A stretch of DNA of 64,000 nt from Malacoraja senta (Eukaryota). The DNA lies in assembly GCA_038087875.1 (NCBI GenBank), contig JAXLNO010000351.1, forward strand, positions 62,001 through 126,000. The letters are read 5' to 3'. The translations under genes and the position numbers were made by a program. Each line of letters opens with the position of its first letter. The stretch's first letter is position 1. This document shows positions 11,362-21,438 of the stretch, in pieces. The notes under the pieces are model-generated. The model had not been told where the DNA came from and searched no databases. It saw nothing but the letters and a program-made list of their open reading frames with translations.

Positions 11362-11703
11362 GTTTAGTCTAGTTTAGTTTGGAGATACAGCGCGGAAACA
11401 GGCCCTTCGGCCCACCGAGTCCGTGCTAGCCGACCAGCGATCCCCACACACTAACAATATCCTACACACACACACACACACACACACTGGGGGACAGTTT
11501 ACAATCTTTACCAGAAGCCAATTAACCTACAAACACGCACGTCTTTGGAGTGTGGTGGGAATCCGGAGCGCCCGGAAAAATCCCACGCTGGTCACGGGTA
11601 GAGAACGTGTAAACTCCACACAGACAGCACCCGTGGTTGGGATGGAACCGGGGTCTCTGGCGCCGTGAGGCGGCAACTCTACCGCTGGGCCATCGTGCCG
11701 CCC
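11362..11703 (-). mobile_element. tRNA-derived SINE (V-SINE / elasmobranch HE1-like), full length
   Basis: Minus-strand head gggcggcacgaTGGCCCAGCGGtagag (A box) and GGTTCCATCCC (B box); CR1-like 3' hairpin gggccgaagggcctgtttcc; (TAAAC)n tail. Confidence 0.85.
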
Positions 11704-11814
11704 AGAGAGGGAGGGAAGGGTGAATACTTCTCTCTCCCTCGTCAATCTCTCTCCCTGCTTCTCTCTCTCTATTTCTCCCTCTCCCTCTCCCTCTCTCCCC
11801 TCTCCCCCTCGTCT

Positions 11815-12060
11815 TATCTCCCGGAACCAAACCTGCGACGTTTCGCCCTCCACCCGGACGCCTGAGACGCGCCGTCCCACTTTGCCAGCGCCGGTGCGCC
11901 GTTCTAAAGCGTCCCCCCTTCCCCAGGAAGCGACTTTGTGGAGGAGGGGTTCGCCACTCAACCGGAAATGGTGCGGGAATCCAGCTGTGAAGAGCAGGTG
12001 AGGATGAAAGCGCTGCCATGCAGCGGGGGGGGGGGGCAGCAATCCAGCCAATGATGCATG
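11815..12060. promoter_or_regulatory. CpG-rich promoter / first-exon-like segment
   Basis: Dense CpG, two CCGGAA sites, a CCAAT at ~12048, ATG at 11968 followed by a CAG|GTGAGG donor at 11998. Confidence 0.35.
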
Positions 12061-12362
12061 CATTCCCTTTAATGCAGCAGGGGGAGCATGCACAGGCGCT
12101 TGTAGGCCGATCCCAGCATTTTATAATTTCCCAGCATTTTATAATTCACCCTATAGTCACCCTTAATACAGCCCTTCAGGCCGATTTCTGTCTCATTTCC
12201 AAACCATTTGCCCCAAACCCCTTCCAAACTCACCAAGCCGACCTTGCAGGACAATGGCGTGGATGTGGGAAGTCCGGAGCGGCCAAAACAGGCCCTTCGG
12301 TCCATACCCCCCTGCCAGCCCGCAGTTGGCATTGTCTGAATCGGATCCAAATCCCCTCTAGC

Positions 12363-12376
12363 AAACAGAGAGAGAC

Positions 12377-12407
<31 letters not shown>

Positions 12408-12414
12408 CACAGAT

Positions 12415-12477
<63 letters not shown>

Positions 12478-12512
12478 CAGAGAGAGAGAGAGAGAGAGAC
12501 AGAGAGAGAGAC

Positions 12513-12601
<89 letters not shown>

Positions 12602-12636
12602 CAGACAGAGAGAGAGAGAGACAGAGAGAGAGAGAC

Positions 12637-12697
<61 letters not shown>

Positions 12698-12706
12698 GAC
12701 ACAGAT

Positions 12707-12737
<31 letters not shown>

Positions 12738-12922
12738 GAGAGAGAGACAGTGAGAGAGAGAGAGAGAGAGACAGAAAGAGACAGAGAGAGAGAGACAGAG
12801 AGAGAGAGAGACAGAGAGAGAGAGACAGAGAGAGAGAGGCAGAGACAGACACAGAGAGAGAGAGACACAGAGACAGGGACAGAGAGACAGGGACAGAGAG
12901 ACAGACAGAGAGACAGACAGAG

Positions 12923-12974
<52 letters not shown>

Positions 12975-13040
12975 ACAGAGAGAAAGACACACAGAGAGAG
13001 AGACAGAGCGACAGAGAGAGAGACAGAGAGACACAGTGAC
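12363..13040. repeat. (GA)n/(GACA)n microsatellite
   Basis: Direct inspection. Confidence 0.97.
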
Positions 13041-13121
13041 ACAGCGTGGAAACAGGCCCTTCGGCCCAACGTGCCACACTGACCTACATGCCCATTCTAC
13101 ACTAGTCCCACCTGCTGCCCA

Positions 13122-15652
13122 CGTTTGGCTATGAGGGCTGATTCCATGGCTAAGAAGCTGCTAAGTAACAAGGCTACAGATTTTTGGAAAGAAGTGAGAG
13201 CTCTTAACAGTTGCAAAACATCTCTACCATGCACTGTAGATGGAATCTCTGGAACAGCTAATATCGCGGAGTTATGGCAACAACATTATAGTACTTTATT
13301 CAACTGTGTCCAAGGTGACTTGTATAGGGTGGACAATATTGAGAGTAGTGACTCAATGGTGATTATGTCACATAATAATAATGATAATAATAAATACTTT
13401 ATTAATCCCATTTTCAATGGGAAATTCAGATGTCCTTGCAGCACACTAATAAAAGTACAACATAGCATTAAAGAAGAAGTTTAACATTAAAACATAAAAA
13501 CATCCCCCCCACAATGGTTCCCACTGTGAGGGAAGGCACAAAGTCCAGTCCCCATCCTCTTGTCCACCCATAGTCGGGCCTATTGAGGTCTCCACAGTCG
13601 CCGCTACGGAGGCCCGATGTTTCAGGCCCTCTCGCCGGGTGATGGTGCTCCGGCGTCGGGAGATTCCTGTCATCGGCTTGGGATGCCTGGAACGGCCTCC
13701 TCCTTACTGGAGACCACGGCTTCCAAAGCCAACAGGCCGCTATGGACGGAGTTCCACCACTGGTGATCTCGGCGAGAGATCCCAGGCTCCCGATGTTCAA
13801 AGTCAGCGCCGCTACCCACGGCTGACTGCTCCACAGACCTGCAGCACCACGATGTTCAATCGGCAGATCCCAGCATACCGTAGTTCCAGCGCGGCGACCC
13901 AGGCAAGGCATCGCCCACTCCGCGATAGCGCTCCAGCGCTGGGCCGCTGCCGAAGCCGAGGTTCTGGCCAGGTCCCCTCAGGAAACGCCGCTCCAGGCCC
14001 CGCTGGTAGGCCTCGAGGGCTGGTCGAAGGTGCTACTCGGAGGAAGGCAGCCTCCCCGACCAGGTAGGGACTAGAAAATGCAGTTTCCCCCTCCCCCCCC
14101 ACCCCACCCCACACATAAAATAATTAGACCCCCAAACAACACTTTTACGTACTAAAAATAATAAAAAGAAGTGAAAGAAACGGACAGCGGCAGGACTGGC
14201 AGCCATATAGGACAGCGCCCCCTCTCAGAGGTGTACAATGCCATGAACAAGCTGTCCAACAACCAAGCAAGAGGCTTGGATCATATTTCTGCTGAACATC
14301 TTAAGTATGTGAGTATGAGGATAGCTCCTCTCCTTGCTATTTGTTTTACTGGCTTTATGATTCATGGCTTGTTACCAGACTCAATGTTGTCTGTTCTGTT
14401 AGTGCCGGTCATTAAGGACAAAGCTGGTAAAGTAGGCAGCCTAAATAATTACAGGCCCATGGCTTTAGCCAGCATATTGTCAAACGTTTTAGAAAGAGTT
14501 CTGCTGGATAGAATAAATGAGTTTGTTAACTCCACAGATAATCAGTTTGGTTTTAAAGCTAAACATGGCACTGACTTATGCATATATGCCCTAAAGGAGA
14601 TTGTAAACAAATATAGAGGCAAAACCTCTTCAATCCTTATGTGCTTTATTGATGCTTCCAAAGCCTTTGATCATGTTAATCGCACAAATCTGATTGTTAA
14701 AATGAGTCAAAGATGGGTGCCTAAATACACTGTGAGAATTCTGGCCTACTGGTATGCCCACCAGACTATGCAAATAAAATGGGGCAATAGGGTCTCAGCC
14801 CCATTTGGGGTTAGCAATGGTGTTAGACAAGGGGGGATTTTGTCCCCAGTCCTTTTTAATCTTTATATTGATGATCTGTCCAAACAATTGAAAGCCTGTA
14901 ATACTGGGTGCATGATTGGTAATATTTTAGTGAACCATATTATGTATGCAGATGATCTTGTGGTCTTTAGTCCATCTAGCGCTGGTCTACAGCAGCTCCC
15001 TACTATATGTTCTGTGTATGGTATGGAACATGATATTAAATATAATGCTGGTAAGAGTGCTGTTATGATCTGTAGAACCAAAGAGGATAAATGTCTAAAA
15101 TGTCCTGATTTTAAATTGTCTGACAATAAACTTAGTGTCTGTAATAAGGTAAAATATCTAGGGCATTTTATTACAGAACAAATGACAGATGATGAGGATA
15201 TTTATAGGCAACAACGCATGCTGTATATACAGGATGATATTCTCTTGAGTAAGTTTGGTGCGTGTGCAGATGTGGTTAAGATGTCGCTATTTAGAGCATA
15301 CTGCACACCACTCTATACTGCGCACCTGTGGTCGAACTATGGAAAGACAAGTTTGCAGAGACTAAAGGTGTCATATAATGATGCCATGAGAACACTACTA
15401 AGGAAACCTAGATGGTGTAATGCTGGTAACATCGCTGTCTCGTTGTAGGACATTGATCATTCTTTTATTCTGGATTTTAATTCATGCATTGTGTTTTTTT
15501 TTCTTAATATATAATTTATGATGCTTTTATAAGTGATATACTAAGATTTTATATGTACTTTATGATATTTTTAAATATGTAATGCATTTTTATGTAATGT
15601 TGCCCCTTGTCTGGACCTTGAGTCTGAAATAAAGTTTATTATTATTATTATA
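13122..15652 (+). mobile_element. RTE-X-like LINE, 5'-truncated, RT region, interrupted by an insertion at 13374-14227
   Basis: ...VIMSH | EVYNAMNKL... rejoins across the insert. RT motifs NYRP, QFGF, FIDASKAFD, GVRQGGILSP, YADD. AATAAA plus an (ATT)n tail at ~15630-15650. Confidence 0.82.
13374..14227 (-). mobile_element. non-coding GC-rich retroposon with a Rex1/Babar-like 3' end and (ATT)n tail
   Basis: Splits an RT ORF cleanly. The minus strand starts agaggggggcgctgtcctatatggctgcc and ends aatttccc..gggattaataaagtatttattatt. Confidence 0.7.
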
Positions 15653-15661
15653 TTTATTTTA

Positions 15662-16149
15662 TTGTGTGTAATTAATTATTATGTAGTTTAGTGTCATTCT
15701 GTGCAACATGGGCCAATGGATTGACTGATCACCTTCTCAGATTTCCCTGAAAATCAGTGCCTGTATATTAGATCACACAAGTAACACAACAGAAAACAAG
15801 GTCTCAACTCCAAATTCCAATGGGCCTTTGGCAATGTTTCGAGCTATATAAATGGTTCATAACTTCGAAGGAACTTTGAGTTGAAAGTTGATTTTTCTGC
15901 TGTGTTCTTTGTACCAGAGGTGTGCAAAACATGATTTTCAATCAAATCTTACATGGCGACCAGCCAACCTTCTTACTTGCTGTTATTTGGTACAGAATCA
16001 AATCATCCAATACCAAGCAATTGATATACGTCTCCGATAAACCATCAATGTTTACTGAAATTTTGGTCCTTGGAAATGGGATTTTTGGACCTTAAAAGCC
16101 CTTGAATTTATAGCTGTTCCAAGTGTATGAACCCTGGTATGAGAAATAA
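15662..16149. repeat. ~485 bp dispersed duplication, copy 2
   Basis: Direct match to 2668-3153. Confidence 0.92.
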
Positions 16150-16510
16150 GTCAGAATCAGAACCACACTTTATTTGCCAAGTATGTTTTGCAACATACGA
16201 GGAATTTTATTGGCCAATTCAGTCATACAATTAAAAGTAACAGATCACCCAAAAACACATTTTAACATGAACATTCACCGCAGTGACCCTACACATTCCT
16301 CACTGTGATGGAAGGTGAAATAAAGTTCAAGTCCTTCCCTTTGTTCTTCCTCGGTCGTGGGCCTCGAGCCTCAGTTGACGGAGCGATCTTGACACCCGTA
16401 GCCAGCGGCGTTCGGGCCCTCCGTGTCGAGGCGATCAAGCTCCCGCATCGGAGGGATGTCAGCTCCCTCGCGCCGGGCGATCGAACCTCGCGTCGGGGCT
16501 GGTCGAACCT
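16150..16510 (-). mobile_element. 5'-truncated non-coding retroposon related to 13374-14227
   Basis: Shares cactgtga(g/t)ggaagg..aaagt(c/t)ca(a)gtcc with the 13520-13550 region; (CTGATT)-type tail after AATAAA. Confidence 0.6.
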
Positions 16511-17126
16511 TCCAGCCAGTAGCATGTCTAAGGCCATGCGATTTTGCCAGGCCATTAGGCTGGTATCTGTCAGTTGTTCCGCTAATCCTTCAACCGCATC
16601 TCGAGTGTATTTTATAAAGCGTTGTTGATTGTAGTATAGGTAGTTGATCCAGTCCACATTTTTATTAATTGTGGACCACCAGAAGAGTATGGACTCAAAG
16701 CCCGCAGCTATCTGGTTTCTGGCTTTGAATTCATCAGGTACCTCTCTTGGCACCCCTATCGCATCTATATATATGTGTGTGTCGAATGAACCTTTCACCC
16801 CTCTCTCTTGTCGTTGGCTTCCTTCATTGAGTTCTCCAATGTTATACGTCTGATTGCAGTTGAGCACCATCCCCATGTCCTGTCCCTTTGGGTTATTTCT
16901 TGTATAGCACTCAAACCCCTCCTCCCCAAGAGGACTGGTAGTGCCAATCTTTACAGGGATGGGTGCATACATACATTCTATAGCCGCAGCACCATTTTCC
17001 TTTACATACATCAAATGGGATGGTGGTGGATCTTCTATTCTGTGGTATTGTGATTTTTATGCATGTTATATTACTCACGAGTTGGGTAACCACCCAACAC
17101 ACGACCCACCAACACGAAATCTTCAT
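16511..17126 (-). pseudogene. env: class I (epsilon/gamma-like) ERV envelope, internally deleted and frameshifted
   Basis: Signal-peptide-like MKISCWWVVCWVV; TM region YIDAIGVPREVPDEFKARNQIAAGFES..WINYLYYNQQRF; immunosuppressive-domain motif WQNRMALDMLLA. Confidence 0.88.
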
Positions 17127-17480
17127 TTTTCCCCGCGGGTTCTTGGTAAATATTAACGTCAATGGTTCCTCTCCTTTGCGCACAGTCCACGGGCTGATAT
17201 TGTCTGGTGGGGCCTCCACAGGACCCTTAACTCGACTTGCGTATGTCCACCCATTTTCTTTTGTCCGCACTGCTGTTTCCGTGGTCATTAGTACCAAATA
17301 TGGACCAGTCCAACGGGGTTGCATCTTTTCTTCCTTCCATGATGTTACAAGATCCCAGTCCCCCGCTTTCACAGAATGGATTGGAAAGTCGAGATGGGGA
17401 CTCTGGGCCAGCAGCCCCTTGGTTTTTAATTCTGTAATAGAACGAGATACTGCCAGTAAATAGTTCCTTAGGAATACATC
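17127..17480 (-). pseudogene. pol: ERV integrase C-terminal (GPY) tail upstream of env
   Basis: KAGDWDLV..PRWTGPYLVLMTTETAVRTKENGWTYASRVK. Confidence 0.85.
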
Positions 17481-17504
17481 ATTCCCTTGTATTTGTTGGG
17501 ACCC

Positions 17505-18475
17505 CTTCTATCTTTCCTAAATAATAAAGACCTAACTTGTTCAACCTTTCTCTGTGTCTTAGTTGCTGAAACCCAGGCAACATTCTAATTGATCTCCTCT
17601 GTACTCTCTCTATTTTGTTGACCTTTTTCCTATAATTATGCCTACCAAAATTATACACCATACTCCACAATTGACCTCACCAATGCCTTGTACAATTTAA
17701 CATTACAACCCAACTTCTATACATAATGCTCTGATTTATAAAGGCCAACACACCAAAATCTTTCTTTACCATCCTATCTTCATGAGATTCCACCTTTAGG
17801 GAACTATGCACAGTTATTCCTAGATCCCTCTGTTCAACTTCATTCCTCAATTCACAATCATTTACCATGTTGGTTCAATTTTGATTTGTCCTGCCAAGAT
17901 GTATCATCTCACACTTATCAACATTAAACCCATCTGTCATGTTTCAACCCACTCTTCCAAATGATCTAAATCTCTCTGTACACTTTTAAAATCTACTTCA
18001 TTATTCACAACACCACCTATCTTAGTATCATCTACATACTTATTAATCTATTTTACCACACCAACATCCAGATTATTGATTCACATGACAAACAACAGTG
18101 GACCCAACACACATCCCCGAGGTACCCCTCTAGTCACTGACCTCCAATCTGACAAACATCCATCCACCATTGCTCTCTGACATCTCCCATACAGCCACTT
18201 TTTAATCCATCTTGCTATTCCTTACTAACCCTTCTTAACCAACCTTATTTCCTTATTGAACCTTGTCAAAGGCCTTACTGAAGTTCATCTAGACAACATC
18301 CACCACTTTACCCTCATCAATTTCCCTAATAACTTTTTCAAAAAATTCAAGATTAGTCAAACATCACAATCACAAACCCATGCTAATTCTTCCTAATCCT
18401 ACCCTATTTATCTAAATTCTTATATATTGTCTTAAGTATGCTTTCCATTATTTTGCCCACCACTAATGTCAAACA
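17505..18475 (-). mobile_element. degenerate CR1 RT/C-terminal fragment lying within the ERV
   Basis: IERVQRRSIRMLPG..RERLNKLGL and EQRDLGITVHSSLKV; a further RT remnant reaches ~18470. Confidence 0.85.
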
Positions 18476-20963
18476 ACGTTCTTGTTCAAACTCTACTCTT
18501 TTCTCACATCTTTGTCCTCCTGTTCACTTACCTCAGGGCTATTATCTATTCGTACCTGCGGGACGGCCCTCATGTAATTATTGAAATGGTACCAGGTATA
18601 TCAACCTTCTACCTGAACATCGGTCGGGAGTTTAGAAAACTCATACATACACCTTGTCTTCAGGTTTAAAGGGTCCTTCCTCCTGGTCCACCTCCAACAG
18701 CTTTTACTTTACCTGTTCATAAATAGACTTGTATATCATAATTAACTGTTTCGTATACTTTTTAAATTCTATATTTAACTGTTCCAAACTCGGTCTCTTG
18801 TAGGGACCTCTCCATTGTGCCACCTGCTCGGTTAGTTTGCATGCAACATCTCTTCAGTGCCAATGGCAGGGCATCGATCCAATTCAACTTTGTAATTAAA
18901 CAAATCTTATTTATATTAACCTTCAATGTTCCATTTATTCTTTCCACCATGCCTGTGACTGCAGGTGTTACATACCCAAATGTGTATTTTACTCTAAGGG
19001 TCTCTATCGCCAACTTGGCTACTCCCTAAATGAAAACAATCCGTTGTCAAAGCTGATTTCTGTAAGTCTACCAAACCTCTTAATTACCTTATTCATCATA
19101 AACGACACTACAGGGCTTATACCTAATCTAGTCTGAACTATATCCTGCCTTTTCCCGAGGTTATCATACTCTGTCCTACATTCTGAAGTATTTTTTTAAA
19201 TCTCTCTCTCTCTCTCTCTTACATCGCTTTTCACTTATGGAACAATACCAACAAATCCTCCTTTAAGTCCTTTTCTCTCTTGGGGACCCCAGTCCTGTTA
19301 GGGCTTATATCCAGATTAATTTCACTCCTGATAGGACTTTTTGAGGAAACGTTCCCCAAAGACATTCATTATTGGCATGTAATTCTCTGGCCCTGCTTGG
19401 TTCCGTCATAGGACTCACTTGTCTTTTCAACCAGGTCCATTGTTTATTGACAACAGCTCCTCCTGCTGGTTTGCAAGTCTTTTTCCTATCTTTGCGATAT
19501 TTCTCGACCGCAGAGACCAACTGTTCGCTGAATCGGGGGTGGGAAATTAATGACAATCTCACCACCTTCTCCAATCTGCTTGACTTTAAGAAGAATGACA
19601 TCCACCACAGTAGTTCATAATATAATGTTCATCAATGAACTCCCCACCTTTTCAGCTGGTTTTCCAGATAGCCTGCTGGATTACATTGTCTGAGGGCCTG
19701 CCATACCCTCTGCCTGACTGTGTCAAACAGTATGCCATTGCTTATTACATTGTTCGCATCAGTTTATACCATCCATCTTCAGTAGTTCTGTCACTTTTAC
19801 CAACAGTGCCTTCAAATCTTCCATGGTCAATAATCGTCCCACGTTCTCCTCCTCCAAAGCCCTAATCCATTTCCTCCCCCATCAGGGATATAGGGTGAGG
19901 TGTTTTTTTAGCCCTCTCAGTTTATGGGTGCCCCAAGGGATAATCTGTGTCTGTCCTTCTCTTTTCTCTTTAAAGCAGTCTCATCACTTTATCCCAATGC
20001 TTCCAACTTTAATCCTTTCTGGTATGCCTTCTTTCTTATTCTAAACTCAATTTCTTGCTTCTCAAATATTCTAGCCTCCTTGCAAATTCATTCACCTTTC
20101 TTTTTTAAATCTTCCACTGACTCCTCCTGCTTTATTACTTTCACGCCTGTCGTTTTTCTACTTCTGTTATCTCCTAACTGCCTCTCTCTCCTTCCTTTCT
20201 AAACTTGAATGTTTACCAATGAACTTATTTCCAATTATTTCAATCCATATTCACCACTATTTTAAATGTCCAATTCCTAGCACTAGTAACAATTTTCCAA
20301 ATTAACTTTACTGACTAGAAATCTAAAAGAACATCAGAAAAACCAAAAGCTGATTTTACAACTTCCCCTTCTAGGTTACGAGGATACAAACAGTTAATCG
20401 TTATCTTACAGCTGTTCGTCGCCTTTCACCATGACCTAATTTATTTAAAGGAACATACACCTACCTACAGTGGACATTTTTGATTCTAATAAAACTTACT
20501 TACTTACTTACTTACTCTTACAATGTGGTCTACAAATACAATATAATTATCACATATATAAAATCCCTGGGTATTTCCTTGCCCCCAGAGGCTCAGCATT
20601 CGCCCCAACGGACTATCAGGCAGAATGCGGCTTTACCGCCCTTCCCCTCCCTTTTGGGCTTTCCGTTTTCATTGCCCATCCTCCCGATCGGAATTTCCCC
20701 CGATCTATTTAATCGCCCGAGTAGTACTTAATAGTCGTTTTCTTACCCGGGTCCTGTGCACAAGAATCACTCGATTTGGCTCCTCGCGATTTCCAACTAC
20801 TCCCACTTGTTTCTCTAATCTCTGGTCTGGGATATCACTCGCTCAAACCGCTGACGGCAAGCAAGGGGTCCAGGGCCGCTGAATCAGCGGGGTGCACCGT
20901 CCCTTCTCCCGTATACCGCCGCCAGCTGGCCGGAGTGGCGATCCCAAGACGAGCCCCCAGGCT
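18476..20963 (-). mobile_element. degenerate ERV internal region: PBS, leader, gag remnant, integrase remnant (PR-RT-RH not found)
   Basis: Integrase core GMVERINGTLK..WIDALPLAL at 18762-19013; gag-like remnants ~19250-20200; GTAAGA donor at 20746; PBS next to the LTR. Confidence 0.75.
20941..20959 (-). promoter_or_regulatory. tRNA-Pro-type primer binding site
   Basis: Minus strand TGGGGGCTCGTCTTGGGAT versus canonical tRNA-Pro PBS TGGGGGCTCGTCCGGGAT, 4 nt downstream of the LTR end. Confidence 0.85.
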
Positions 20964-21438
20964 TGTGAGGTGCAAAAAGTGAGTGCTCACAATCACGATC
21001 CTAGAGAAATGAGAGAAACAAGTTTATTTATTAGCAAGTCTGCAGAGTCGGGTGCCTCCCCTGTCGAGACACACCGAGGTCGGGAAAGCCACTCTCTTTT
21101 ATTCATATCATTTTACATTTGTTACACCTTTATTCCTCCCCTTCGGGCTCCTTTCAAATCAGAGCACTGAGGTGCACAATCTACCGGTCCCGCCCCTGGT
21201 GCCTCCCACATCATACATCGCATGTGCATTTAAATCAGACATCTTGTCATGATGGGCGTGTTTGCAATATTCATTTGTCTCATTACCCATGCGCACTAGA
21301 GAGTTGTTCATGCCCTTTACCCCAGTTCTTCCTGGACTGTCGCTATCTCCTTTTTCTCATCCTTGAAGCTCATCTACTCTCTACAATACAAAGGGTTCTT
21401 AGTCTAAATCAACTATACCTATTAACCCCTTCCTCACA
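20964..21438 (-). mobile_element. ERV 5' LTR (475 bp)
   Basis: Bounded by the inverted TGTGAGG...CCTCACA; AATAAA on the minus strand at ~21022-21032; abuts the PBS on one side and the interrupted Gypsy integrase on the other. Confidence 0.85.

Noticed and set aside
11625..11703. tRNA gene
   Set aside because: It is the head of a SINE: degenerate B box, continuing into SINE body and tail.
9850..13082. Long Leu/Ser and Glu/Arg ORFs
   Set aside because: They are (GA)n microsatellite translations.
14171..15448. Intact 425-aa reverse transcriptase gene (retron/DGR-like system)
   Set aside because: It is a truncated non-LTR retrotransposon ORF whose apparent start comes from an inserted element. 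There is no template repeat or accessory gene.
2668..16149. The two 485-bp copies as paired LTRs of one element
   Set aside because: No CA end, PBS, PPT or TSD is visible, and the interior contains no coherent gag-pol.
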